A stretch of DNA of 64,000 nt from Polyangiaceae bacterium (lineage in GTDB: Bacteria > Myxococcota_A > Polyangia > Polyangiales > Polyangiaceae). Shown here in pieces: positions 52,375-61,575 of the stretch; within the stretch, counting starts at the first letter, position 1; every line of letters starts with the position of its first letter. Where the stretch lies: the NCBI GenBank assembly GCA_965222375.1, contig CBDCTZ010000005.1, positions 512,001 to 576,000 on the forward strand. The letters are read 5' to 3'. The position numbers and the translations under genes are program-made. The notes under the pieces are model-generated. The model was not told where the DNA came from, did not search any database, and worked only from the letters and a program-made list of their open reading frames with translations.

Positions 52375-53931
52375 GTGAGCTTGTACACCCACACCGCCGC
52401 AGAACTGCTGACGCTCCTGTCGAAACGGCAATGCTCGAGCCGCGAAATCGTCGACGCGCTGATTCGGCGCCGCGAAGAAGTCGATCCAGCGCTGCACGCC
52501 TGGGTCGTCCAGCTGGACGACAAGGCACGCGCAGACGCAGACGCAGCCGACAAACGTCGCACCCAAGGAGACGATGCGCCGCTGCTCGGACTTCCCGTCA
52601 GCATCAAAGAGAACATCGACGTCGAGGGCACGCCGTCCACCCTCGGGCTCGAATCCCGCAGGGCGCATCGCGCGGAGTCCGACGCCATCCTGGTGCGGTG
52701 CTTGCGCGAGACGGGCGCCGTGATCCTTGGCAAAACCAACGTGCCGCAGTCGCTGCTCAGCGTCGAGACCACGAACTTCGTTCACGGCACGACCAACAAT
52801 CCTTGGGCCCACAGCCGCGCCCCAGGAGGCAGCAGTGGCGGTGAGGCCGCGGCGCTCTCCAGCGGCAGCAGCGTCTGTGGCATCGGCACCGACATCGGCG
52901 GCTCCCTCAGGATCCCCGCGGCGTTCTGCGGCGTCGCCGCACTGAAACCGACGGAGCACCGCTGGAGCAACTTGGGCAGTCGCACGGCCATCGCCGGTCA
53001 AGAGACCTTTCGATCACAAATCGGCCCCATGGCGCGCAGCGCTCGAGACGTTGCGCGGATCTTCGAATCGATCCCAAGTGTCCGCCTGGCTTCCCTCGAC
53101 CCCTTCGTGCCGCCAGTCCGATCGCCGCTGGCAGAGTCCGTGTACCTGAAACGGCTGCGCGTCGGGTTCTGGGAGAGCGACGGCCTGCTCACTCCGGCAG
53201 CCAGTGTGATGCGAGGCGTGAGAACGGCAGCGCGGCTGCTTAGCGATGCGGGCGCGGAGGTCATCGAGGTTGAGCCGGCGAACGTGGCGCGCATCACCTG
53301 GTTGTTCTTTTCGATCCTGAGCGCAGACGGGGGCCGCACGCTGGACGAGCTTGTCGCTGGGGAGCGGATGATCGCGCCCTTGGCTCGGGTGATGCGCATC
53401 GCGAAAATGCCCGACCGAGTCCGCCGCGCCCTCGCCTTGGCGCTGCTGGTCCTCGGTGAACAGCGCGCCTCGGATCTCGTGAGCACCCTGGGTGCAAAGA
53501 CCGTAGGCGAGCTGTGGAAACTGACCGCAGAGCGGGGCCGGTTGCGCGTGCAGGAATTGGAGTTTTTCCAGGAAAAACGCCTGGATCTGGCGCTGTGCCC
53601 AGCATTCGCCACCCCGGCTCCGCAGCATGGCGAGTCCACGGACTTCACTGTCGGCGCTTGCTACTCCATGCGCTACAACCTGCTGAACTTTCCCGCGGGC
53701 GTGGTACCCGTCACCCGCGTGCGCGCCGACGAAACCGATCGCAGTGAGCTGCGAGATCGAATCGATCGCGCTGCTCAGCGCATCGAGCGCGGGAGCGAGG
53801 GACTGCCGATTGGCGTGCAGGTCGTGGGACGCCCACATGCAGAACACCACGTGCTCGCCGCAATGACGGTCATCGAGGAGCACGCGCGCAAAGACTCGGG
53901 GTTCCCCGAGACACCCTGTCACCAAGCGTAG
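52375..53931 (+). CDS. Amidase-signature family hydrolase (fatty-acid amide hydrolase-like)
   Basis: GLPVSIKE, GKTNVPQ, PGGSSGGE, GTDIGGSLRIPA, GLPIGVQVVG. Confidence 0.92.
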   Translation: MSLYTHTAAELLTLLSKRQCSSREIVDALIRRREEVDPALHAWVVQLDDKARADADAADKRRTQGDDAPLLGLPVSIKENIDVEGTPSTLGLESRRAHRAESDAILVRCLRETGAVILGKTNVPQSLLSVETTNFVHGTTNNPWAHSRAPGGSSGGEAAALSSGSSVCGIGTDIGGSLRIPAAFCGVAALKPTEHRWSNLGSRTAIAGQETFRSQIGPMARSARDVARIFESIPSVRLASLDPFVPPVRSPLAESVYLKRLRVGFWESDGLLTPAASVMRGVRTAARLLSDAGAEVIEVEPANVARITWLFFSILSADGGRTLDELVAGERMIAPLARVMRIAKMPDRVRRALALALLVLGEQRASDLVSTLGAKTVGELWKLTAERGRLRVQELEFFQEKRLDLALCPAFATPAPQHGESTDFTVGACYSMRYNLLNFPAGVVPVTRVRADETDRSELRDRIDRAAQRIERGSEGLPIGVQVVGRPHAEHHVLAAMTVIEEHARKDSGFPETPCHQA

Positions 53932-54046
53932 GATGGACTGCGACCTGCGATGTCGCATCGGACCTTCAGCGTCGCAGGGATTCGATCGCACTATCGCGAG
54001 TTCTATTGGTGTGAGCGTGGCGCGCGACTTGCTGTACAATTTGACA

Positions 54047-56120
54047 ATGCGCAAGTTGGTCCAATCCAGACCGTCCCTCAGCACCCTGGCTTGCTTGAGC
54101 GCACTGTGCCTCGCAGCCTGCGTCGGCAGCATCGACGATGAAGGCTCGTCGCGTGGAAGCGGGCCCGGTCCCAAGGGGCCTCAGGTATCGCCAACCGGAC
54201 GCGACCCCGGTCGCGTGACACTGCATCGGCTCAATCGGGCGGAGTACGACAATACCGTGCGGGATCTATTGGGCACGGCGCTGACGCCAGCCAAGGACTT
54301 TCCCGCGGACGACCATGGCTACGGCTACGACAACATCGCCGACGTACTGACCATCTCCCCAACCCAGGTCGTGCTGTACGAACGCGCGGCGGAAGCTTTG
54401 ATCGAAGACGCGATGAAGCCGCCCCAGGCGACATCTGCGACCCAACTCGTGGAGGCAGAGACTCTCACGGGCTCGACGGGCTCAGCGACCAGCGATGCCT
54501 ACAACCTGTGGAGCAACGGGGACATCACCGCGACCTTCGCCCTGCCATCGGATGGCACCTATGAGGTGCGAGTTCGCGCCTGGAGCACCGCCGCTGGGAC
54601 CGAAGACGCGAAGATGAACGTGCTCATTGGCAGCACGGATCTCGGTACCTTCGACGTGCCCAACGACTCGAGCAATCCCCTCATCGTCACGAAGCAGGCC
54701 GACGTCACCGGTGGCAGCAAGGTGGTCACGGTCAGCTTCATCAACGATTTTTACGAGCCGCCCAGCGATCGAAACCTCTACGTCGACTACATCGAGGTGG
54801 AGGGGCCGATTGGCGCAACGACGGGCAAGAACGCCCTTCGAGATAGGATTCTGATTTGCGACCCTTCGACAGGTGATGCCTGCCAACGACAGATCTTGGA
54901 GGCCTTCACCAAACGCGCCTGGCGCCGCCCGGTCACGGCAGCGGAGATCGACAAACTCATGGCCTTCATCGCGCTGGCCAAGGCCGAAGGCGAAGATGAG
55001 GAGGTCGGCATCAAGCTCGCACTACGCGCGGTGCTGATAAGCCACAACTTCGTGTTCCGCGTGGAGTTGGACGAAACTCCCAATGGGGGGACCGTGCGAC
55101 CCCTCAACGCCTGGGAACTTGCCTCCCGGCTGTCGTACTTCCTGTGGAGTTCGATGCCCGACGACGCGCTCTTTGCCAAGGCCGAGTCCGGTGAACTGCT
55201 CCACCCCGAAGTCTTAGCGGCTGAAGCTCGACGAATGCTTCAGGATCCCAAATCCTCAGCCTTGGTGGACAACTTCGCGGGGCAGTGGCTCTACACCCGC
55301 GCGTTGGTCGAACACGAGCCGGACTACAACTTCTTCCCTGAGTATGAAGACGGACTGCGGGTCGCGATGGAGCAGGAGACGCGGCTGTTCTTCAAGGAGT
55401 TCCTGGAAAAAACCCCACCCGATCCAAGACCTCCTGAAAGCCAACTTCGGTTACGTGGATTCGAGGCTCGCGCAGCACTACGGGATCTCCGGCGTGAGCG
55501 GTTCATCTCACGTACGCACGACCATGACAGACCCACTGCGGGGCGGCTTGCTCGGACAGGGCAGTATCTTGACCATCACCAGCTACCCGACGCGCACCTC
55601 CCCAGTGAAGCGGGGGCGCTGGGTCCTGGCGCAATTGCTTTGCGACAAGCCCCCGGACCCACCACCAGGTGTCGAAAGCAATCTTCCGTCGATGCCTCCT
55701 GCCGGAACCACCCAGAAGGATCTTCTGGCCAAGCATCGGGAAGACCCGACTTGCGCAAGCTGCCACGATCGCATGGACCCCGTCGGCATCGCCCTTGAGA
55801 ACTTCGACGGCATCGGACGCTTCCGCACCGAGGACAACGGCACCGCCGTGGACCCCACGGCAACGCTCATCGACGGAACGCCCATCGACGGCCCCGAGGC
55901 TTTGGCGAACGCTGTCGTTTCAGACGAGCGATTCCCCGGCTGCGTCTTGCAGCAGATGTTCATCTACGCCCTGGGGCGCGGCACCGAAGACACGGACCAG
56001 CCCTACTTCGACGAGATGCAACAGAGTTTGGGCGCAGGCTTTTCCCTGGAGCAAGCCATCGAACAGATCGTCAAAAGCGAACCATTCCGTATGCGCCGTG
56101 CGGAAGGAGGTGGAAAGTGA
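54047..56120 (+). CDS. DUF1587/1595/1592/1588/1585 lipoprotein with inserted carbohydrate-binding-like module; frameshifted near 55410
   Basis: RLNRAEYDNTVRDLLG, AWRRP, ELASRLSYFLWSSMPD, NFAGQWL; in the +1 frame RGGLLGQG..TSPVKRG..CASCH..GIALENFDGIGRFR. One extra base in the A6/C4 run at 55407-55416. Confidence 0.85.
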
Positions 56121-57454
56121 GCCGCCGCAGTCCCATCTGGCACAAGCGTCATAATCGCCGGTTCTTCTTGGGCGGTGCAGCCACTCTGATCGGCCTACCG
56201 GTGCTGGAGAGCATGTTCGGGCGCGGCGCGACCGCCGCAAGCAATGGCATGCCGCAACGTTTGATGGCCTTCTACATCCCATGCGGGATCCACATGGCCA
56301 AGTGGACCCCGCAGAACACCGGCGCGGGCTACGACCTGCCCGAGATCTTGGCGCCTCTCGCCAATGTTCAAAGCAAGACGATGGTGCTCACTGGATTGGC
56401 CAACGATCCAGCCAAGCCTGACGGCCCGGGGGATCATGCTTCCGGGACGGGCGCTTTCTTGACTTGCGCCCACCCCTACAAGACCGAGGGGTCCGATATC
56501 AAGAACGGCATCAGCGTCGACCAAGTCGCAGCCAACGCCATTGGTTCCGAAACGCGGATTGCATCGCTACAGCTCGGCATCGATGGCGGCGCGGGAGTTG
56601 GTGGATGCGACAGCGGCTATAGCTGCGCCTATGCTCGAAATATCTCTTGGGCGAGCGACACTCAACCGCTGCCGAAGACCATCAATCCCCAGGTCGTCTT
56701 CGACCAGATTTTCGACGGCTTCGATCCGAACCAGAGCAGCGCAGCTCAAGCGCGTACGCGCAAGTACCGCGCCAGCTTGCTGGACTACGTCAACCAGGAC
56801 GCCAAAGACCTCTCGGCTCGTCTGGGAACGAAAGACAAGGCCAAGCTAGACGAGTATCTCACGGGGATTTTCGACCTGGAGCAGAGCATCGCCAATGCCA
56901 CCCAGTTCAACTGCGACACCATCCCCCGCCCCGACAAGAATCTCGCGTTTCCGGATCACGTCAAGATGATGCTCGACCTCAGCGTCTTGGCCATGCAGTG
57001 CGACGTGACTCGAGTGATCACCTTCATGCTGGGCAACGCCGGCAGTGGGCGCAGCTACGACTTCATTGGCGTCAGCGGCGGGCACCACCAGATCTCCCAT
57101 CATCAAAGCCAGCAGTCTAACTACGACAAGCTGACGACCATCGACACCTGGGAGGTGTCACAGCTGGCCTACCTGCTGGAAGCCATGGACAAGGTGCAAG
57201 AGGGCACCGGCACGCTCTTGGACAACTCCGCTGTCTTCTTCTCGAGTGAGATCGAAGACGGCAACACTCACGCTCATAGGAACCTGCCGGTTGTCCTGGG
57301 CGGCGGCCTGGGTGGAACTTTGCCCACGGGTCAGCACATCAAGGTGCCCGACAAGACCCCGCTGGCAAACCTGTTCATCACATTGCTGAACAACATGGGC
57401 GTCGCTACGAGCAGCTTCGGCCAGAACAGCACCGGGCCACTCGCTCTTACCTAG
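56117..57454 (+). CDS. DUF1552 (HXXSHH) family Tat-exported protein
   Basis: NRRFFLGG Tat-like motif, SVDQVAA, YSCAYARNISW, CDVTRVIT, HHQISHH. Confidence 0.9.
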   Translation: MSRRSPIWHKRHNRRFFLGGAATLIGLPVLESMFGRGATAASNGMPQRLMAFYIPCGIHMAKWTPQNTGAGYDLPEILAPLANVQSKTMVLTGLANDPAKPDGPGDHASGTGAFLTCAHPYKTEGSDIKNGISVDQVAANAIGSETRIASLQLGIDGGAGVGGCDSGYSCAYARNISWASDTQPLPKTINPQVVFDQIFDGFDPNQSSAAQARTRKYRASLLDYVNQDAKDLSARLGTKDKAKLDEYLTGIFDLEQSIANATQFNCDTIPRPDKNLAFPDHVKMMLDLSVLAMQCDVTRVITFMLGNAGSGRSYDFIGVSGGHHQISHHQSQQSNYDKLTTIDTWEVSQLAYLLEAMDKVQEGTGTLLDNSAVFFSSEIEDGNTHAHRNLPVVLGGGLGGTLPTGQHIKVPDKTPLANLFITLLNNMGVATSSFGQNSTGPLALT

Positions 57455-59364
57455 CCGCGCCGCTGCTCGAGCTCGAGCCAGCGTTCGGTGAGCTGGTCCA
57501 CCTCGACGCGTTTTGACTCCAGGTCGCGACCCAACTCCGCGACGTCGCTACCGCTCGTGGAGTAGGTCTCGGGGTCTGCGAGCTTGCCGGTGAGTTCCGC
57601 GACCGCAGCTTCGAGCGCCTCGATCCGGGCAGGCAGTTGATCGAGCTCCCTATTCTCGGCCCAAGTAAGCTTCTTGCTCTGCGACTTTGGCGCGGCGACC
57701 TCGGGTTTGGCGGCCGCCGCCTTGGTTGAGGCTTTGTCGTCGGCGGCCACTCGCGCCGCCCGGGCCCTAAGCGCGCGGAAGCTCGCGTAGTTGCCCGGAT
57801 AGCGGACCACTCGCCCGTCGCCCTCGAAAGCGACGATGCCTGTCGCGACGCGATCCAAAAACCATCGATCGTGAGTGACCACCAAGGCCGTCACGCCCAT
57901 TTCCACCAGCATGCTCTCCAGCGCGGCAAGGGTCGACACATCCAGATCGTTCGTGGGCTCGTCCATGATGATCAAGTTGGCGCTCCGCCGAAGCATGCGC
58001 GCCATGGCGACCCGCGCTCGCTCTCCCCCGGACAGCGCTGCCACACGCTTGCGCTGATCCGCACCTCGAAAGCCGAACCGCTCGAGGTAGGAGCGGGGCT
58101 CTACGACCTCACCGCTGACTTCGATTCGCGACTGGTCTCCGACTACGTTGTCGAAAACGGACTTTTCTGGATCGAGCCCACTGCGCAATTGGTCGAAGTA
58201 GGCGATGCGCGTGTTCTTGCCCAACGTCACGCTCCCCGCCAGAGGCTCGAGCTCTCCCAACAGTGTTCGCAGCAGCGTCGTCTTGCCAGTGCCATTCCGA
58301 CCCACGATGCCGAGGCGTTCGCCCTGAGTCAGGTACAAGGTCAGTCCGCTGACGAGTGTCTGACCTGCGATCCCAACCGACAGATCTCGGAGCTCCAAGA
58401 TGGTCTTCCCTGCCCGAGACACCGAGAGGTCAAAGCTCACACTTCGTTCGCGAGCGGGCCCTCGGACGTCTAAAGCGCGCTCAGCACGGTCGACCCGCGC
58501 CTTCTGCTTGGTCGTGCGCGCCTTCGGCTGTCGCCGCAACCAGGCTAGCTCTTGGCGCAGGAAGTTCTGTCTGTTTTGCTCGGTTCGCGCGGCGTGGGCC
58601 AAGCGCTCGGCCTTGCGCTCCAAAAAGAGTTCGTAGCCCCCGTCGTAGCTGTGCACCACGCCGTCAGCGACTTCCCAAGTCCGCTGCGCCACACGGTCCA
58701 GGAGGTAGCGGTCGTGCGTGATCAGCAGCACCGCGCCTCGGTACTCCTGCACCAAGTAGTTCTCCAACCACTCGATGGTGTCCGCGTCCAAGTGGTTCGT
58801 GGGTTCGTCGAGAATCGCCAGATCTGGCCTCGCGACCAGGATCCTCGCCAACGCAACCCGCCGCTGCTCGCCCCCACTCATGCTCGCCACGCGCTGCTCG
58901 GGGTGGGCGATCCCTAAATGGCTGAGCACCGCACGACTGCGGTGCGCTTGATCAAAGCCGCCCAGTCGCTCCACGTCCTCGGCCGCCTTGGTCTGCTCGT
59001 CCAGCCAGTTCTTGGTTTCGTCCCCGTCCCCGCCCTCGGCCAGGGCCCGGCTCGCGCGATCGTGGCGGGCACAGGCCGCAGACCAGGCCGAGAGACCTTC
59101 CACCACGGCCTCTTCCGCTGTGGGGTCGCCAGTGAACTGGGGCACCTGTTCGAGGTACAGAACTGAAGCATCTCGGCGCCGGGTGATCTGCCCACTGTCG
59201 CTGGGTTCCGTCCCGGCAAGAATGCGCGCAAGAGTGCTCTTACCAGCGCCGTTCTTGCCAACCACACCTACGCGCTCGCCAGAGCGAACCGTCACATCGA
59301 CACTTTCGAGCACGACGTGGGCGCCGTAGGCTTTGTGCAGCTTCTTGCCAGTTACGACGGGCAC
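57451..59364 (-). CDS. ABC-F family ATPase (Uup-like)
   Basis: Two NBDs ([48 protein letters not shown]) and a C-terminal coiled coil ending RWLELE. Confidence 0.93.
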   Translation of the reverse strand: MPVVTGKKLHKAYGAHVVLESVDVTVRSGERVGVVGKNGAGKSTLARILAGTEPSDSGQITRRRDASVLYLEQVPQFTGDPTAEEAVVEGLSAWSAACARHDRASRALAEGGDGDETKNWLDEQTKAAEDVERLGGFDQAHRSRAVLSHLGIAHPEQRVASMSGGEQRRVALARILVARPDLAILDEPTNHLDADTIEWLENYLVQEYRGAVLLITHDRYLLDRVAQRTWEVADGVVHSYDGGYELFLERKAERLAHAARTEQNRQNFLRQELAWLRRQPKARTTKQKARVDRAERALDVRGPARERSVSFDLSVSRAGKTILELRDLSVGIAGQTLVSGLTLYLTQGERLGIVGRNGTGKTTLLRTLLGELEPLAGSVTLGKNTRIAYFDQLRSGLDPEKSVFDNVVGDQSRIEVSGEVVEPRSYLERFGFRGADQRKRVAALSGGERARVAMARMLRRSANLIIMDEPTNDLDVSTLAALESMLVEMGVTALVVTHDRWFLDRVATGIVAFEGDGRVVRYPGNYASFRALRARAARVAADDKASTKAAAAKPEVAAPKSQSKKLTWAENRELDQLPARIEALEAAVAELTGKLADPETYSTSGSDVAELGRDLESKRVEVDQLTERWLELEQRRG

Positions 59365-59370
59365 TGTCGG

Positions 59371-59803
59371 CTACTTCACGCAGTTGCCCCGCGCGCGATA
59401 TGGCCGGCCTGGACAGCTTCCGCTGGTGCGGAATTCCTTGCCATCGCAACCGCAATAGACCCCGCAGATCGCGAGTACACGAGCGGTTCTTTGGGGCGCA
59501 GCGCGCTTCGTCAGGGCCGCAGCCTTCACCCTCGCACACGCCGCTTTGGCAGTCCTCGGCAGTGGAACAAGCCTCGCCGTCCTTGCGCTTGTTCGGATCC
59601 GGCGGCGTAGGCTCCGCCGTGGGCGCAGCACTCGGTGGAGGCTGCGCGCTCGGCTGCGGCTCCGCGCTCGGCGCTTCTGGCACCGGCGGCTCAGGTGTGG
59701 GGGCGGGCGTCGTGGCGACAGGCGCCGAATCGGCCGGTGTTTGGCTGCCGCCACACGCCACAGCGGCGAAGTAGAGCACGGCCCAAAGGTTCTGAGGTCG
59801 CAT
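59371..59803 (-). CDS. Small Cys-rich lipoprotein with Kazal-like C-terminus; frameshifted at 59460-59463
   Basis: AAVAC lipobox, Pro linker, CSTAEDCQSGVC..CTRDLR. Removing one G from GGGG gives ..CTRDLRVYCGCDGKEFRTSGSCPGRPYRARGNCVK*. Confidence 0.7.
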
Positions 59804-59981
59804 CAAGGACACCGTCTACGCGACGCGTGCGCCGGGTGCAATTGCGTACGGGAGAGCCCGCGATGGAGCGACCGGGGGCCCGATCGGGTCAAAGCGCTTG
59901 CGCAAGCCTGCGATTACTCTCACTTACTTTTCCGCCTTGGTGCCTTGATTCCCCGGCGTTGCATTGTCTACACCGTCAGCC

Positions 59982-61088
59982 ATGCCGAACCTCAGCCAAC
60001 TCAAGTCGACGATTCTTGGTCTCCCGCTCGCGCTTTGCATCGCTTGTGGCGGCACCGGCGAAAGTCCAGCCGGGCAGCGCAGCCAGCCCATCATCGGCGG
60101 GACGCCCTCCACTCTGAACCAGCTCTACTCAACGGTCTCACTCTACGACGTCAACACCAACGCTCAAGCCTGCACCGGCACCCTGATTGCCCCGACGGTG
60201 ATCGTGACGGCGGCCCATTGCGTGGTGACCCAGGACGAACAAACCAATCAGATTACGTATGAATTCCAACCGGCGGACTTGCTGGTCATCGCCGGCGACT
60301 TGGACGGCAATACGCCGACCCAACAGAACGCTTGGGACGTTGCCAGCATCACCCGGCACACGATGTACAACGGCGACAACGGCAGCGACCCCGATGGCCT
60401 CGCGGCGTGGCACGACATCGCGGTGTTAACGACGACCGAGGCGGTGAATGCCGTCGCGGCCGCACCCGTCCTGCCCCTCGCGAGCTTCGACCAGGCCGTC
60501 CAACTCAACCCGAATATTCTGCTCGCTGGCTACGGGAGCCGAGACCAGGCGGGCAATGAGTTCGGAGTTCTGTATCAGGCTCAGACTCCGTACCAGCGTC
60601 GCAACGACAACGAGTTCATCGCGGGCGGGTCCGGCAACCCCGACACCTGCCCTGGCGACTCGGGCGGCCCGGCCTACGTGGACATTGGCGGCGCGCTCTG
60701 GCTCGCGGGTGCCACATCTCGTGGCGTCTCCAGCTCTACCGCCACCTGCGGCGACGGCGGGATCTACACTTTGGCGGGTGCGTACTCGGATTTCATCGCC
60801 AATGCGTCCGGTGGCGCTTGGGTCCCCAACGCGCCACCCAATCTCGGCACCGCTGGCAGCGGCAGCGGAGGCGCGACGGGCAGTGGCGGCGCGACGGGCA
60901 GTGGCGGCGCGACGGGCAGTGGCGGCGGAGCCGGGACTGCGGGGACTGCAGGAGCACCGGCAACCTCAGGGGGTAGTGGGGATTCTGGTGGCTGCAGCAC
61001 GAGCCCCTCTGCGCCCCAGCCAGCTAGCCCGCTTTGGCTCGGCCTGAGCTTGGGTCTGGCCTTGAGCTTGCGACGCCGTCGAAGCTAG
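59982..61088 (+). CDS. Trypsin-like (S1) serine protease with MYXO-CTERM-like tail
   Basis: IIGG, TAAHC, HDIAVL, DTCPGDSGGP; C-terminal GGCS..hydrophobic..RRRRS. Confidence 0.93.
   Translation: MPNLSQLKSTILGLPLALCIACGGTGESPAGQRSQPIIGGTPSTLNQLYSTVSLYDVNTNAQACTGTLIAPTVIVTAAHCVVTQDEQTNQITYEFQPADLLVIAGDLDGNTPTQQNAWDVASITRHTMYNGDNGSDPDGLAAWHDIAVLTTTEAVNAVAAAPVLPLASFDQAVQLNPNILLAGYGSRDQAGNEFGVLYQAQTPYQRRNDNEFIAGGSGNPDTCPGDSGGPAYVDIGGALWLAGATSRGVSSSTATCGDGGIYTLAGAYSDFIANASGGAWVPNAPPNLGTAGSGSGGATGSGGATGSGGATGSGGGAGTAGTAGAPATSGGSGDSGGCSTSPSAPQPASPLWLGLSLGLALSLRRRRS
60870..60923 (+). repeat. Perfect 18-bp tandem repeat x3 (GATGSG linker)
   Basis: GGCGCGACGGGCAGTGGC at 60870, 60888 and 60906. Confidence 0.9.
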
Positions 61089-61104
61089 TCCCTCGGCGCG
61101 CGAC

Positions 61105-61575
61105 ATGCTCGGCAAGAAGCATCTGAAGCGGATCGGTCGGGATCTGACCGAGTCCGGCCGATACCAGCAGGCCATCGTCGCGTACCAAGACGCTATTCGA
61201 CGCGATCCGACAGACCCTCGGCTATGCGATGGTCTCAGTTACGCGCTGTACATGAGCTGCCGCTTCGAGGAGTCCATCGAGTGGAGCAAGAAGGCCCTCT
61301 CGCTCGATTCCGAGAACTACTTTGCCGAAAAGAACATCGGTTTGTGTCTGATGCAGATGGGGCAGCCCGAAGTAGCCGTCGAGCATCTCGAGGATTCGAT
61401 CCGGCTCAACCCCCGCTACTTCGATTCACACCACGATCTCGCCCTGGTTCTGATGGATCTAGGGCGCTGGGCTGACGCCAAGGCCAGCCTAGAGTGCGCT
61501 CGCGAAATCGAGCCCAGTCGCGGGCCGACCCTCGACCGCATGCTCGACATCATCGACAAGAACCTGGCGGACTAG
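61105..61575 (+). CDS. Tetratricopeptide-repeat protein
   Basis: About four TPRs: GRYQQAIVAYQDAIRRDP, AEKNIGLCL, SHHDLALVL. Confidence 0.85.
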   Translation: MLGKKHLKRIGRDLTESGRYQQAIVAYQDAIRRDPTDPRLCDGLSYALYMSCRFEESIEWSKKALSLDSENYFAEKNIGLCLMQMGQPEVAVEHLEDSIRLNPRYFDSHHDLALVLMDLGRWADAKASLECAREIEPSRGPTLDRMLDIIDKNLAD

